Below are positions 1 to 9,086 of a stretch of DNA of 43,535 nucleotides, one piece after another. A program made the translations under genes and the position numbers. This DNA is from an uncultured archaeon (lineage in GTDB: Archaea; Thermoproteota; Nitrososphaeria_A; Caldarchaeales; Wolframiiraptoraceae): positions 1-43,535 of the forward strand of contig CALKCF010000008.1 of assembly GCA_938083505.1 (NCBI GenBank), written 5' to 3'. The notes under the pieces were generated by a model that did no database searches, was not told the origin of the DNA, and saw only the letters and a program-made list of their open reading frames with translations. Position 1 is the stretch's first letter, and each line of letters starts with the position of its first letter.

Positions 1-352
1 GCTCGTTTCTAGAGGCATTCTACTGATTAGAACCCATGAAATTCCAAGAAATTAAAGCGCAGAAATCAGAAATTTGAAATGCATGACCAGAAGCACCCTT
101 GAGAATTTCAGGGTATTACATGCGAAATCTTCTAAGGAACAGCAGGATGGATTGACTGCGGTGAAGTAACTCTCAGACTTTCAGGAGCGTTGCTTATAGA
201 ACACTCGACGTGCAGAAGATTCCTGTCCTGGCTACCTCCTACATCCCTTTCAGCGAGGAAGCGGAGAAGCGTGGGATTAATGCGACGTATTGTCCCATTT
301 AACCGTTTGTCAAGCACCATCCTAATTAAGTGGTGCGGAATACATAATACGG

Positions 353-1078
353 ATGCTAAAAATAGAGAGACTTTACGTTACCGTCGGAGAGAGGCTCGTC
401 CTTAGCGACGTGAACCTGGAGATAGACGAGGGCGAGGTCCACGTGCTCTTCGGACCTAACGGCTCGGGGAAATCATCGCTGGTCATGACGATACTTGGCC
501 ATCCCTCCTACAAGGTCATAAGCGGAAGGATAATCTTCAAGGGCATCGACATAACGGAGATGCCGACGGAGGAGCGCATAAAGCTGGGCATAGCGGCAAC
601 CCTACAACACCCGCCCAAGCTGCAGGGCATAATGCTGAAGGACCTGCTGAACAGGATATCTGATGGAAGGCTCAGGGACGACGGGCTATTGAGGCTCATA
701 GACAAGCTTAGGATAAACGAGGACCTGCTAAACAGACACGTGAACGTTGGGTTCTCCGGAGGAGAGATAAAGAAGTGCGAGTTGGTGCAGGTCTTCGCGT
801 TAAACCCCGACCTCTTGCTGTTCGACGAGCCTGACTCCGGTGTAGACATTGAGAACTTAGAGCTGATAGGCAGGGCGATGTCGGAGCTGCTTGCTGGAAA
901 GTCCGCCTTGATAATCACGCACCACGGTCACATACTCAGGTACATAAAACCGGTAAGGGCGCATATAATGTTCAACGGGCAAATAGCCTGCAATGGAGAT
1001 CCCGAGGAGATGCTGAACCAGATATCTAAGAACGGTTACGGATGGTGTGAAAAGTGCATATCGATGAGGAGGAGCTGA
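353..1078 (+). CDS. sufC: Fe-S cluster assembly ABC ATPase SufC (SmsC-like)
   Basis: Walker A GPNGSGKS, signature FSGGE, Walker B LLLFDEPDSG; C-terminal C...CxxC (ACNG...WCEKC); overlaps a SufB/D-family gene. Confidence 0.93.
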   Translation: MLKIERLYVTVGERLVLSDVNLEIDEGEVHVLFGPNGSGKSSLVMTILGHPSYKVISGRIIFKGIDITEMPTEERIKLGIAATLQHPPKLQGIMLKDLLNRISDGRLRDDGLLRLIDKLRINEDLLNRHVNVGFSGGEIKKCELVQVFALNPDLLLFDEPDSGVDIENLELIGRAMSELLAGKSALIITHHGHILRYIKPVRAHIMFNGQIACNGDPEEMLNQISKNGYGWCEKCISMRRS

Positions 1079-2259
1079 ACAAGGCGTTAGATAAGCCCGC
1101 GGATTACGGTCCAGATTTAGACCTCTCAAGCTACCTTATAGAGCCAGAAGAGGCTGCAAGGCTTGATGAATCCATCCTGAAGAGGGCATACGACGTTGGC
1201 ATAGATTTATCCAGGAAGGATTCTGCTGGCAATTTCCTTCAGGTAGACCATAGCGTCATGGTAAAGGCGATACAGAAGAGGTTCGAGAATGATGTGGAAG
1301 TTATGACGATAGATGAGGCTATGGGAAAGTACGATTGGGTTAAAGGGCTCATGTGGAACCTCATATCACCATACAAGGACAAGTACACGGCTTTTGTGGC
1401 GAAGAATAGAAGGGGAGGTTACTTCATAAGGGTCTTGGAGGGAAGGCGCGTATACATACCCGTGCAAGCATGCCTCCTTCTGTACTCGCCGCACATCATG
1501 CAAGCCCTCCATAACTTGATAATCGCGGAGGATGGGACAGAAGCCCATATAATAACCGGCTGTACCCACCACACAAAGTCCGTGAAGGGCTTGCACTTAG
1601 GTATGACGGAGATCTACGTCAAGCGCAACGCGAAGCTCAGCTTTACCATGGTACACAAGTGGGGACCTGGCATGGACGTAAGACCTAGGACCGGGATACT
1701 TGTCGAGGAAGGTGGAACGATGTTCTACAACTACGTCCTACTAGGCGAGGTTGGGAGCATCCAAACCTACCCGGCGGTGACGCTTCTCGGAGATAACTCA
1801 AGAATATCTATGAACAATGTCGTGTATCTATCGGGAAGTTCGAATGCGGACCTTGGAGGCGGCGTAGCGATAAAGGGCTCCGGGTCAAGGGCAGAGCTCC
1901 TGACGAATTCTGTCGTTACTGATAGGGCAAAACTGGTAAGCAGAGGATCTATCGTGTCCGAGGCTCCCGGTACAAAAGGTCACATAAGCTGTAAGGGTTT
2001 GATGTTAAGCGATAGCGCGGAGATATCTGCCGTACCATTGCTCACGTCCAAAAATGCCGATTCTGAGCTCACACATGAAGCGGCAATAGGAAAGATCGCC
2101 GAGGAACAATTATTCTATCTCAGGTCTAGGGGCTTTAGGCTGGATGAGGCTGAGTCGCTTTTGGTCCGTGGATTCTTGGACATATCCTCCATGAAACTTC
2201 CAAAGCACGTGGAGAGGAGCATCAACACCATAATAGAGCAGACGATGAAGGGATTTTAA
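1054..2259 (+). CDS. sufB: SufB/SufD family Fe-S scaffold (SmsB-like)
   Basis: PVQACL, HNLIIAE, IITGCT, HISCKGL and LTHEAAIGKIAEEQLFYLRSRG motifs; coupled to sufC. Confidence 0.92.
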   Translation: MHIDEEELNKALDKPADYGPDLDLSSYLIEPEEAARLDESILKRAYDVGIDLSRKDSAGNFLQVDHSVMVKAIQKRFENDVEVMTIDEAMGKYDWVKGLMWNLISPYKDKYTAFVAKNRRGGYFIRVLEGRRVYIPVQACLLLYSPHIMQALHNLIIAEDGTEAHIITGCTHHTKSVKGLHLGMTEIYVKRNAKLSFTMVHKWGPGMDVRPRTGILVEEGGTMFYNYVLLGEVGSIQTYPAVTLLGDNSRISMNNVVYLSGSSNADLGGGVAIKGSGSRAELLTNSVVTDRAKLVSRGSIVSEAPGTKGHISCKGLMLSDSAEISAVPLLTSKNADSELTHEAAIGKIAEEQLFYLRSRGFRLDEAESLLVRGFLDISSMKLPKHVERSINTIIEQTMKGF

Positions 2260-2345
2260 ACTTCGACCGAGATGGGAGTTACAAAAGCTCGAGAAGGTTC
2301 ATTCAAAAAACAAAAATTTAAAAATACAAAGAGGCGCAAAAGTGT

Positions 2346-2984
2346 GTGAAAGTCTCTGTAATAGTACCAACTTTAGATATATCTAAGGCCCAGAAATACG
2401 TGGGAGAGTCTTTAAAAGATTGTCGAGTGAATATCACTTACGTAATCGATATCTACAAGAATGTATCAAAAACGAGGAATAAGGGTGCGGAAAAAGAGAA
2501 AGATGCTGATGTATTATTCTTTATTGACGATGACATGGAAATAGATCCAGAGCATTTTAGAAAATGGCTTGGTTTAATACTTGAGAATAGAAAAAATGTG
2601 ATTTGGAGCGAGCCACACCGTTTAATTTTTGGCATAGCTAGAGAGCTTTTCATACTAATTGGAGGCTTTGATGAAAGGTTACCTTTAATGTCAGAAGATA
2701 CTGAGATGTGGTATACATTAAAGAAACTTGAGAGGGCAGGAGTCTTACGGATAAACATCGTTGAGGAGGGATATGTCCACCACACGACACCAAAAGGATT
2801 TGAGAGAAAATGGTTAAACGAGAAGCACAGCGTTTACACATTCCTGAAGCATGATAGGAAGAGGCTCTTGCATGCCTTGAAGAGGTATCAAGATGGTTGG
2901 AAAATATTTTTGATGCGATACGTTTGGTTAGTTTGGGCGGTTTGGAAGCTTCTATTTTTCAAAAGAACTGATTGCAAATTCTAA
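2346..2984 (+). CDS. Glycosyltransferase family 2 (GT-A fold)
   Basis: VSVIVPT, RNKGA, FFIDDD (DxD-like), IGGFDE, SED motifs; visibly more AT-rich than sufCB. Confidence 0.85.
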   Translation: MKVSVIVPTLDISKAQKYVGESLKDCRVNITYVIDIYKNVSKTRNKGAEKEKDADVLFFIDDDMEIDPEHFRKWLGLILENRKNVIWSEPHRLIFGIARELFILIGGFDERLPLMSEDTEMWYTLKKLERAGVLRINIVEEGYVHHTTPKGFERKWLNEKHSVYTFLKHDRKRLLHALKRYQDGWKIFLMRYVWLVWAVWKLLFFKRTDCKF

Positions 2985-2995
2985 AAACTCTTAAG

Positions 2996-3089
2996 TGGGC
3001 CGGCCCGGACTCGAACCGGGGATTTCCACCGCTTCCTGTAGCCGTAGCCTAAGTCAGGGTGGCGTCATACCAGGCTAGACCACCGGCCC
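2996..3089 (-). tRNA. tRNA-Val(GAC) with 20-nt intron (3033-3052, most likely at position 36/37)
   Basis: Reverse strand folds as GGGCCGG/CCGGCCC acceptor, CCACC/GGTGG anticodon stem, GGTTCGAGTCC T arm; removing TTAGGCTACGGCTACAGGAA gives loop CTGACGC. Confidence 0.93.
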
Positions 3090-3201
3090 TCAAGATCACT
3101 AAAAATTCGAGCTATTGATATATATCTATATCCTTAACTTGATGGAATAGACGGCCCCTTATGGTCGACCGTTTCTTATGCTTTACGAATTCGGTGCGAG
3201 G

Positions 3202-3390
3202 TTACACGCGGTTATTGTTTGCTTGTTGCACTCTGCACGTCTGAGTCTCCTGCTCGTTGAACTTCTCCAGCAACCTTCGTATAGCATCTTTAACGAACTC
3301 TGCCCTGCTGCTGTAACCTGCCTTGTATAGTATTTTATCTATCTGAAGACCTATCTCCTCAGGAATCTTCACGGTCACGTAACGCGTCAT
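3202..3390 (-). CDS. Ribbon-helix-helix (CopG/Arc-like) DNA-binding protein
   Basis: YVTVKIPEE strand-helix followed by GYSSRAEFVKDAIRRLL, typical RHH. Confidence 0.85.
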   Translation of the reverse strand: MTRYVTVKIPEEIGLQIDKILYKAGYSSRAEFVKDAIRRLLEKFNEQETQTCRVQQANNNRV

Positions 3391-3608
3391 ATGGGCTCAC
3401 ATTATGCCAGTAAGAGTAGCCAATTGATAAATATAACCCAGTTTTTGTAAATTTTTATAAGAAAACATAGGGAGTCGTCTGAGACGATTTTGAACTTTTA
3501 TGTAATACTTTATATTATGGTGTAAAAATCTTAAAATGTGCATGCTACAATGATCGCATTAACATTCACGCATTTTTTGTACAACCACCCTTCGGGAGGT
3601 TTTAGGAC

Positions 3609-4406
3609 GTGGAGGATTTCCTGCTAATGCTGGAGGAGGTTCTAATAGACGCAGGCAAGGCTTTGTCCAACAAATCAAGGTATGATATATTGACGGCCCT
3701 ATCGAAAGGAAAGAGGACGATAATCCAGATCGCAAAAGAAACCGGCCTAAGTCAGATGACCGTTAGGTTTCACCTCAAGACACTCATCGAGGCCGGCTTG
3801 GTGAAAAAAAGCAGCGCGTGTAGGACTGGAGGTGCCGGAAGACCAGGCGCCTTTTATGAGCTCTCTAAATCTTTAACGATGATATCGTTCCCACCTAGGC
3901 AGTATATGCTTCTGTCATACATACTCTTGACAGCTCTCAAGGAATCTCTAGGAGAATTGCAGGCAAGGACTGTTCTGTACGATTTTGGTAAGAGATTAGG
4001 CCAGAGCTTCAGGATTGAGATAGAAAAAACTCTCATGAATGAGAATGAGCAAACTGCAGAAAAATTCGTCCACTGCCTAGTTAATCTCTGTTTTAAAAAG
4101 ATTGGAATAATCGCCGAAGCCCTTAAGAATAGCGACAAGGAGGTACTCATAAGGTTCTACAACTGTCCGTTCGAGGAGGTTACGCGAAGCTATGCTGGTC
4201 TGGTTTGCGAGGGGTTTGAAAACGGCCTTTATGACGGCCTGTACACGGGCTGTAGGAATCTTACATGGAAAAAGACAAAGAGTATGGCAAAGGGAGACGA
4301 GCACTGCGAGCATATACTATTCTTAGCTTTTGGTGTTAACAAAAAGACATTACACGAAAACAATATAAATAATCAGAAAGGTGTCAAATTCTTGATGCCC
4401 CGGTAG
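3609..4406 (+). CDS. ArsR-type wHTH transcriptional regulator with C-terminal V4R-like domain
   Basis: ALSNKSRYDIL...IAKETGLSQMTVRFHLKTL...GRP..Y; C-terminal NCPF...VC...GDEHC. Confidence 0.85.
   Translation: MEDFLLMLEEVLIDAGKALSNKSRYDILTALSKGKRTIIQIAKETGLSQMTVRFHLKTLIEAGLVKKSSACRTGGAGRPGAFYELSKSLTMISFPPRQYMLLSYILLTALKESLGELQARTVLYDFGKRLGQSFRIEIEKTLMNENEQTAEKFVHCLVNLCFKKIGIIAEALKNSDKEVLIRFYNCPFEEVTRSYAGLVCEGFENGLYDGLYTGCRNLTWKKTKSMAKGDEHCEHILFLAFGVNKKTLHENNINNQKGVKFLMPR
4361..4373 (+). promoter_or_regulatory. Probable TATA box of tRNA-Phe, inside the 3' end of the upstream CDS
   Basis: AATATAAATAA about 25-35 nt upstream of the tRNA 5' end at 4397. Confidence 0.5.
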
Positions 4407-4492
4407 CGCAGATCGGGAGCGCGCCCGGCTGAAGACCGGGGTGTCGTGGGTTCAAGATCTCCCTAAAGGAGATGGAAATCCCACCCGGGGCA
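4397..4492 (+). tRNA. tRNA-Phe(GAA) with 22-nt intron in the T-loop (4457-4478, position 59/60)
   Basis: GCCCCGG/CCGGGGC acceptor, CCCGG-CTGAAGA-CCGGG anticodon arm; strict BHB: GTGGG/CCCAC, bulge AAT, TTCA/TGGA, bulge AGA, TCTCC/GGAGA. Confidence 0.95.
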
Positions 4493-4500
4493 TCAAATTT

Positions 4501-5016
4501 TTACAGTCTAGCAAAGTATCTTCTCCACAACAAAGATGTAAGGAATCCGGCCAAAGTTCCGCTAATGGTGCCACCTGCCAGTATTGCGGCGTAAAGCCAA
4601 GGTGACCATGGCATAAAGCCCAGCACAACTGTTACATACATGCTTAGGAAACCGATGGTGCATGTGCTAACTGTTAATGCGATTATTAGTCTGCCAAGTT
4701 TTAGGCCACCACCTGATGTTCTTACTTTAAAAATATAAAAAAGACCGTCTATCATTAGACCATATACTACGGCGAAGAGCAAAGAGAACGGGAATAGGTA
4801 TAACCTCCACACCTGTGTTAACAGCCCACCTATCGTGGCGACGTATGTAGCGCCCATTCTACCAAGCATTAGGGACGAAATTGAGAGGAGCAGCGCCTGA
4901 ACTATCATGAGTGTTTTGTCAAGCGGTGATGGTATTATAAATTTAGATACAAAGATTATAACACCGAAGAGGGTGGCTACAGCGACCCTCATGGTTAAGG
5001 GCTTAGCAGTAACCAT
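4501..5016 (-). CDS. Membrane protein, ECF transporter S-component-like
   Basis: 171 aa with about 5-6 hydrophobic helices and a G-GAT-V-IGG pattern seen in S components; substrate unknown. Confidence 0.6.
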   Translation of the reverse strand: MVTAKPLTMRVAVATLFGVIIFVSKFIIPSPLDKTLMIVQALLLSISSLMLGRMGATYVATIGGLLTQVWRLYLFPFSLLFAVVYGLMIDGLFYIFKVRTSGGGLKLGRLIIALTVSTCTIGFLSMYVTVVLGFMPWSPWLYAAILAGGTISGTLAGFLTSLLWRRYFARL

Positions 5017-5150
5017 GTTCCGGGCACCTTACTCTACGCTTATCCTTAGCTTAAAAACGCTAATATTTTATTTTTAACGTTTTAACCAACAGTCATTATG
5101 AGCAGGTTTACAACAAGTAAAAATTTAATTTAAAGTTTTAAACAACTGTT

Positions 5151-5711
5151 ATGTTTAGCTCGGTGTTTTTCATGAGGACTGAGGATGAGGCGCTTTTAAG
5201 GGTTGCGGAGTTGATGGTCTTAAGCGCAAGGACTGCGCCGAAGGCGAGGGGTATGGACTCTTTAAGCACAGCAATCGTTTACGGCGACGATAAAGAAAGG
5301 TTAGCGAAAACTATGGAAGAGTTGGCGGATGAACTCGGACAGCCATTCTTTAAGCGGGATGCGCAGAACGTGAGACAATCATCAGTCGTTCTTTTGCTTG
5401 CTGTAAAGGCCACAGAACCAAAGCGGCTGGATTGTAGCGCATGTGGGTATAGAATGTGTAGCGATTTCGAGAAAGTACCAAAGAATGTGGGTAGGGCATA
5501 TAAGGGGCCGACATGCGCAATGTATATCATAGACCTAGGCATAGCTGCAGGTTCCGCTGCAAAGACAGCAAGCATCCTCAATGCTGACAACAGGATAATG
5601 TATACGGTCGGTACCGCGGCGCTCAGACTTGGCTTGATAGAGGGTGATGTCGCGCTTGGGATACCACTCTCAGCAACTGGAAAAAGCCCATACTTCGACA
5701 GAAAATTCTAA
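5151..5711 (+). CDS. DUF2148 / ferredoxin-domain Fe-S protein (nitroreductase-like fold)
   Basis: SARTAPKARG.D, CSACGYRMC, GPTC...DLGIA.GSA, DNRIMY, GKSPYFDR; start may be the internal M (MRTED). Confidence 0.85.
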   Translation: MFSSVFFMRTEDEALLRVAELMVLSARTAPKARGMDSLSTAIVYGDDKERLAKTMEELADELGQPFFKRDAQNVRQSSVVLLLAVKATEPKRLDCSACGYRMCSDFEKVPKNVGRAYKGPTCAMYIIDLGIAAGSAAKTASILNADNRIMYTVGTAALRLGLIEGDVALGIPLSATGKSPYFDRKF

Positions 5712-5856
5712 AAACACTCACCAAAATTTATTTTTGTAACACCAAATTAAGTACACTCGTAATCAAGATTTTATGTAACCCGCGTATGAGGTTTGTAGAA
5801 ATTTATTGATGAGACCAGATTATTCGCAAGTTTGTGACCCACATCGACACACAGTT

Positions 5857-7407
5857 TTAGCAGGCCTCTATAGTGCTCGGAGGCTTCGACGTCGTGGCAT
5901 AAACTACCATCGTCACGTTACCTACCTCATTCACTATTCTTTTTGAGATTCTGTCGAGTAAATCCATGTCTGCTCTATACCAGTCTGCCGTCATTCCGTC
6001 CTCACTTTCAACAGCCCTCACTATGACCACATAACCCTCAGCCCTAGCGTCGCCCATCACACCCGTCCATGAGCTGTCTGTTACTACTGCGAACGCCTGC
6101 CAAACCTTATCGTAGACCCCGGCATTCTTAAACTCCTCCTCGACTATTGCGTTAGCCTCTCTGCATATCCTGAGCTTTTCTTCTGTGACCTCACCGACTA
6201 TTCTGACGGCCAGTCCAGGTCCTGGGAATGGATGACGCGAAACTATCTCTTCAGGTATACCAAGCCTCTTAGCAACCTCCCTAACTTCATCCTTGTAAAG
6301 GTCCTTAAGGGGCTCCACGAGTTTCAACCTTAAACTCGCAGGAAGGCCTGCCACGTTGTGATGCGTTTTGATAAGAGCAGAGCCAGAGCCTGCAGAACCG
6401 CTCTCTATTCTGTCTGGATAAATCGTTCCTTGAGCCAGCCAGCGGACTTTCGGTATCTTCGCAGCCTCTTCTTCAAAAATCTTTGCGAACTCCTCACCAA
6501 TTATTTTCCTTTTCTCTTCCGGGTCTTTTACACCTTTAAGCCTTGACAAGAACCTTTCCGCTGCCTTCACGAAGATGAGGTTGGCTATGCCCATGCGCCT
6601 CAATGTAGCAACAACCTGCTCAGGTTCATCCTTCCTCATCAAACCATGGTCTACAAATATACAGTAGAGTCTCTTGTCAAGTACCCTGTTAAGTAGGACG
6701 GCTGTCGTGACGGAATCGACCCCTCCGCTAACTGCGCAGATCACGGACTCGTCTGGGGGGATTGTCGCGGCTATTTCCCTACTCAACTCCTCGACTCTAT
6801 CCACGGGTTTCCAATCACACCTAAAGCCGCAAACATCCACTAAGAACCTCTTAAGTATACTACTACCCATTTGGGTGTGTTTGACTTCAGGATGGAATTG
6901 GACTCCATAAATTGGTCTTTCGGCATGCTTCATGGCGGCAACCGCGCCTCTCTCAGTAAGCGCCAAGACCTTAAAGCCAGGCGGATGCCTCACCACGGAA
7001 TCCATGTGGCTCATCCATCCGATGAACTGATCAGGAACGTCCATTAACAGAACGTCCCGCTCAACGACCATGACACACGTCCTGCCGTACTCCATGATTG
7101 TCCCGCGCTTAAGCTCTCCATTAAAAGCCATCGCGATGAGTTGATGGCCATAACATATACCGAGCATAGGCACCTGAACGTTCAATAAATCCTCAGCCGA
7201 AAACTTTGGAGCGTTGGGCTCGTCGACGCTCCGAGGGGCTCCCGACAGGATGATGCCAAGTGTCTCATAATCTTCAGAAAAAATTTCCTCGGGAAACTTC
7301 GTGAAGGGCACTATTTCAGAGTACACGCCAAGCTCCCTGCACCTTCTGGCTATCAGATGTGTATACTGTCCGCCGAAGTCCACTATAGCTACCCTCTGTG
7401 ACCTCAT
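5857..7407 (-). CDS. guaA: GMP synthase (glutamine-hydrolysing), fused GATase + ATPPase
   Basis: DFGGQY, GICYGHQ, QFHPEV, SGGVDS, IKTHHNV, RHPFPGPGL, SKPPSTIE. Confidence 0.97.
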   Translation of the reverse strand: MRSQRVAIVDFGGQYTHLIARRCRELGVYSEIVPFTKFPEEIFSEDYETLGIILSGAPRSVDEPNAPKFSAEDLLNVQVPMLGICYGHQLIAMAFNGELKRGTIMEYGRTCVMVVERDVLLMDVPDQFIGWMSHMDSVVRHPPGFKVLALTERGAVAAMKHAERPIYGVQFHPEVKHTQMGSSILKRFLVDVCGFRCDWKPVDRVEELSREIAATIPPDESVICAVSGGVDSVTTAVLLNRVLDKRLYCIFVDHGLMRKDEPEQVVATLRRMGIANLIFVKAAERFLSRLKGVKDPEEKRKIIGEEFAKIFEEEAAKIPKVRWLAQGTIYPDRIESGSAGSGSALIKTHHNVAGLPASLRLKLVEPLKDLYKDEVREVAKRLGIPEEIVSRHPFPGPGLAVRIVGEVTEEKLRICREANAIVEEEFKNAGVYDKVWQAFAVVTDSSWTGVMGDARAEGYVVIVRAVESEDGMTADWYRADMDLLDRISKRIVNEVGNVTMVVYATTSKPPSTIEAC

Positions 7408-7575
7408 ACCCTACCCGTACTCAACTAAAGCATCGAATTAAAGCTGTCTATTGCCGTAATACTAAACGATTAGATGGAGTTCCTAGAAAATTTTCACAAA
7501 GTGGACATAGGCTATGCTATTTAGGCTAAATTTTAAGAACACCCAAATGTGTTTAAAACTTGTCAGACTTTGGAT

Positions 7576-7648
7576 GGGCCGGTGGTCTAGCGGCTATGAC
7601 GCTGCCCTTACGAGGCAGAGGTCGTGGGTTCGAGTCCCACCCGGCCCA
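7576..7648 (+). tRNA. tRNA-Val(TAC), intronless
   Basis: GGGCCGG/CCGGCCC acceptor, CTGCC-CTTACGA-GGCAG anticodon arm, GTGGG-TTCGAGT-CCCAC T arm. Confidence 0.97.
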
Positions 7649-7712
7649 CCTAAAATTTTTAAAATAATTTTTTTAAGTAAGTAAATGCATTAACTCTATA
7701 AATTATAACGAG

Positions 7713-9071
7713 GTGATATTTATTCCAGCGGTTAGTGGAGGTTCACAAAGCATAAATGAGAAAGTCGAGCTTATACACATAAAAGATCTGAAACCCGCAG
7801 TCTATATGGACATTAGAGAAGTGCTGTCGTCTTATACAAAAATATTAAGCACTGATATGGTGAACCGCCCGGTGGTTGTGGATGAAAACACTAAAGTGGT
7901 TCTTGAGGGGTATGAAACCTTCTATGCATTGGATCTTCTTTCAGTTGAAAAAATCCCCGTCATAAAAGTCAACCTATATAACATAAAGCTAATATCCCTG
8001 CAACCTAACCTAAACCCGGTAACTGCAAAGTCCATAATAGATGCTGGAGTCAAGGGGCCTAAACTGCCACCAAAAAGTTTCAAAGTTTTAGTTGAAATCC
8101 CTGAGATCAATGTTTCCTTAAAGGATTTGCTTCCATCGCCGGAAAAGGACGTTCGTGTTCTAAAGGTTTACAATAGCGTTTTGGAGCTACTCTATAAGGG
8201 CTGGCCTACGCCCCTGGTTAAGCTGAATTCTTTGTCAAACGATAAACGAAGTGTTTGGGCTAAGCTTGAAGGGTATAACCCGCTTAGCAACAGCGTAAAG
8301 GACAGGATAGGCTGGTCAATGCTCATGGACGCTTTAGATCGAGGAGAGTTAATGGAGATACTCTACGAGGCCACATCCACAAACACTGGAATAGCCCTAA
8401 CATCCATAGCTAACACCTTAGGGATTAAAGCTAAGCTTTTCATACCAAAGACTATTCAGAAGGTAAGCGACATCTACCTAAAGGTTTTAGGCGCAGAGAT
8501 TGTTAGACTTCCTGTAGGGTTGACGGTTGAGGCTATAGACCAAGTGAACTCCGAGGCAAAAGAACATAAGGCTATGCATCTGAATCAGTTTGAAAACGAC
8601 GCCAACCTTAAGGTCCACTTGAAATACACAGCCAAAGAGCTCGATGAGCAGCTTCTAAGTGTAGGATTAAAGCCCACTGTTATAATTGGTGGTTTAGGCA
8701 CCTCAGGCCACATGAGTGCCATATCTATCTACTTCAAGAACAAGTATGGAGATAGTGTGAAGATTGTTGGGGTTCAACCAGCACCAAACGAGGTGATCCC
8801 CGGAATAAGGAGAATAGAGACGGGAATGAAATGGTTCCATTGGACATCCTTCGACGAGATTGTAGATGTTACACAAAGGGAGGCAGTAGAAGCTGCCATC
8901 AACATTGCAAGGAGTGAGGGGCTACTAATAGGGTTAAGTGCCGGTGCCGTTGTACATGCATTCACCAAAATCTCACGTGACGGGGGTGTATACGTCCTAG
9001 TATTTCCCGACACAGGCTATAAGTACGCGGAACAATTTGAAAACTACTTTGCAAATCTTCAAAAAAAGTAG
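7713..9071 (+). CDS. cysM: PLP-dependent cysteine synthase (O-phosphoserine sulfhydrylase type) with N-terminal Ubl tail and degenerate ParB/SerK-like domain
   Basis: PTPLV, NP..SVKDR (PLP Lys), ATSTNTG, NQFEND, GLGTSGHM, IPGIRRIETG, PDTGYKY; about 140 extra N-terminal residues; true start uncertain. Confidence 0.88.
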   Translation: MIFIPAVSGGSQSINEKVELIHIKDLKPAVYMDIREVLSSYTKILSTDMVNRPVVVDENTKVVLEGYETFYALDLLSVEKIPVIKVNLYNIKLISLQPNLNPVTAKSIIDAGVKGPKLPPKSFKVLVEIPEINVSLKDLLPSPEKDVRVLKVYNSVLELLYKGWPTPLVKLNSLSNDKRSVWAKLEGYNPLSNSVKDRIGWSMLMDALDRGELMEILYEATSTNTGIALTSIANTLGIKAKLFIPKTIQKVSDIYLKVLGAEIVRLPVGLTVEAIDQVNSEAKEHKAMHLNQFENDANLKVHLKYTAKELDEQLLSVGLKPTVIIGGLGTSGHMSAISIYFKNKYGDSVKIVGVQPAPNEVIPGIRRIETGMKWFHWTSFDEIVDVTQREAVEAAINIARSEGLLIGLSAGAVVHAFTKISRDGGVYVLVFPDTGYKYAEQFENYFANLQKK

Positions 9072-9086
9072 AAGGGGAAAAGTGCA

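Noticed and set aside
1-352. Short ORFs (132-320 minus, 190-405 plus) and small hairpins upstream of sufC
   Set aside because: No recognisable motifs; hairpins are short; a gene relic cannot be excluded
5800-5856. TGATGA plus CCCACATCGAC (resembling a 23S segment) as a possible guide sRNA
   Set aside because: No D boxes or terminal stem in a consistent orientation
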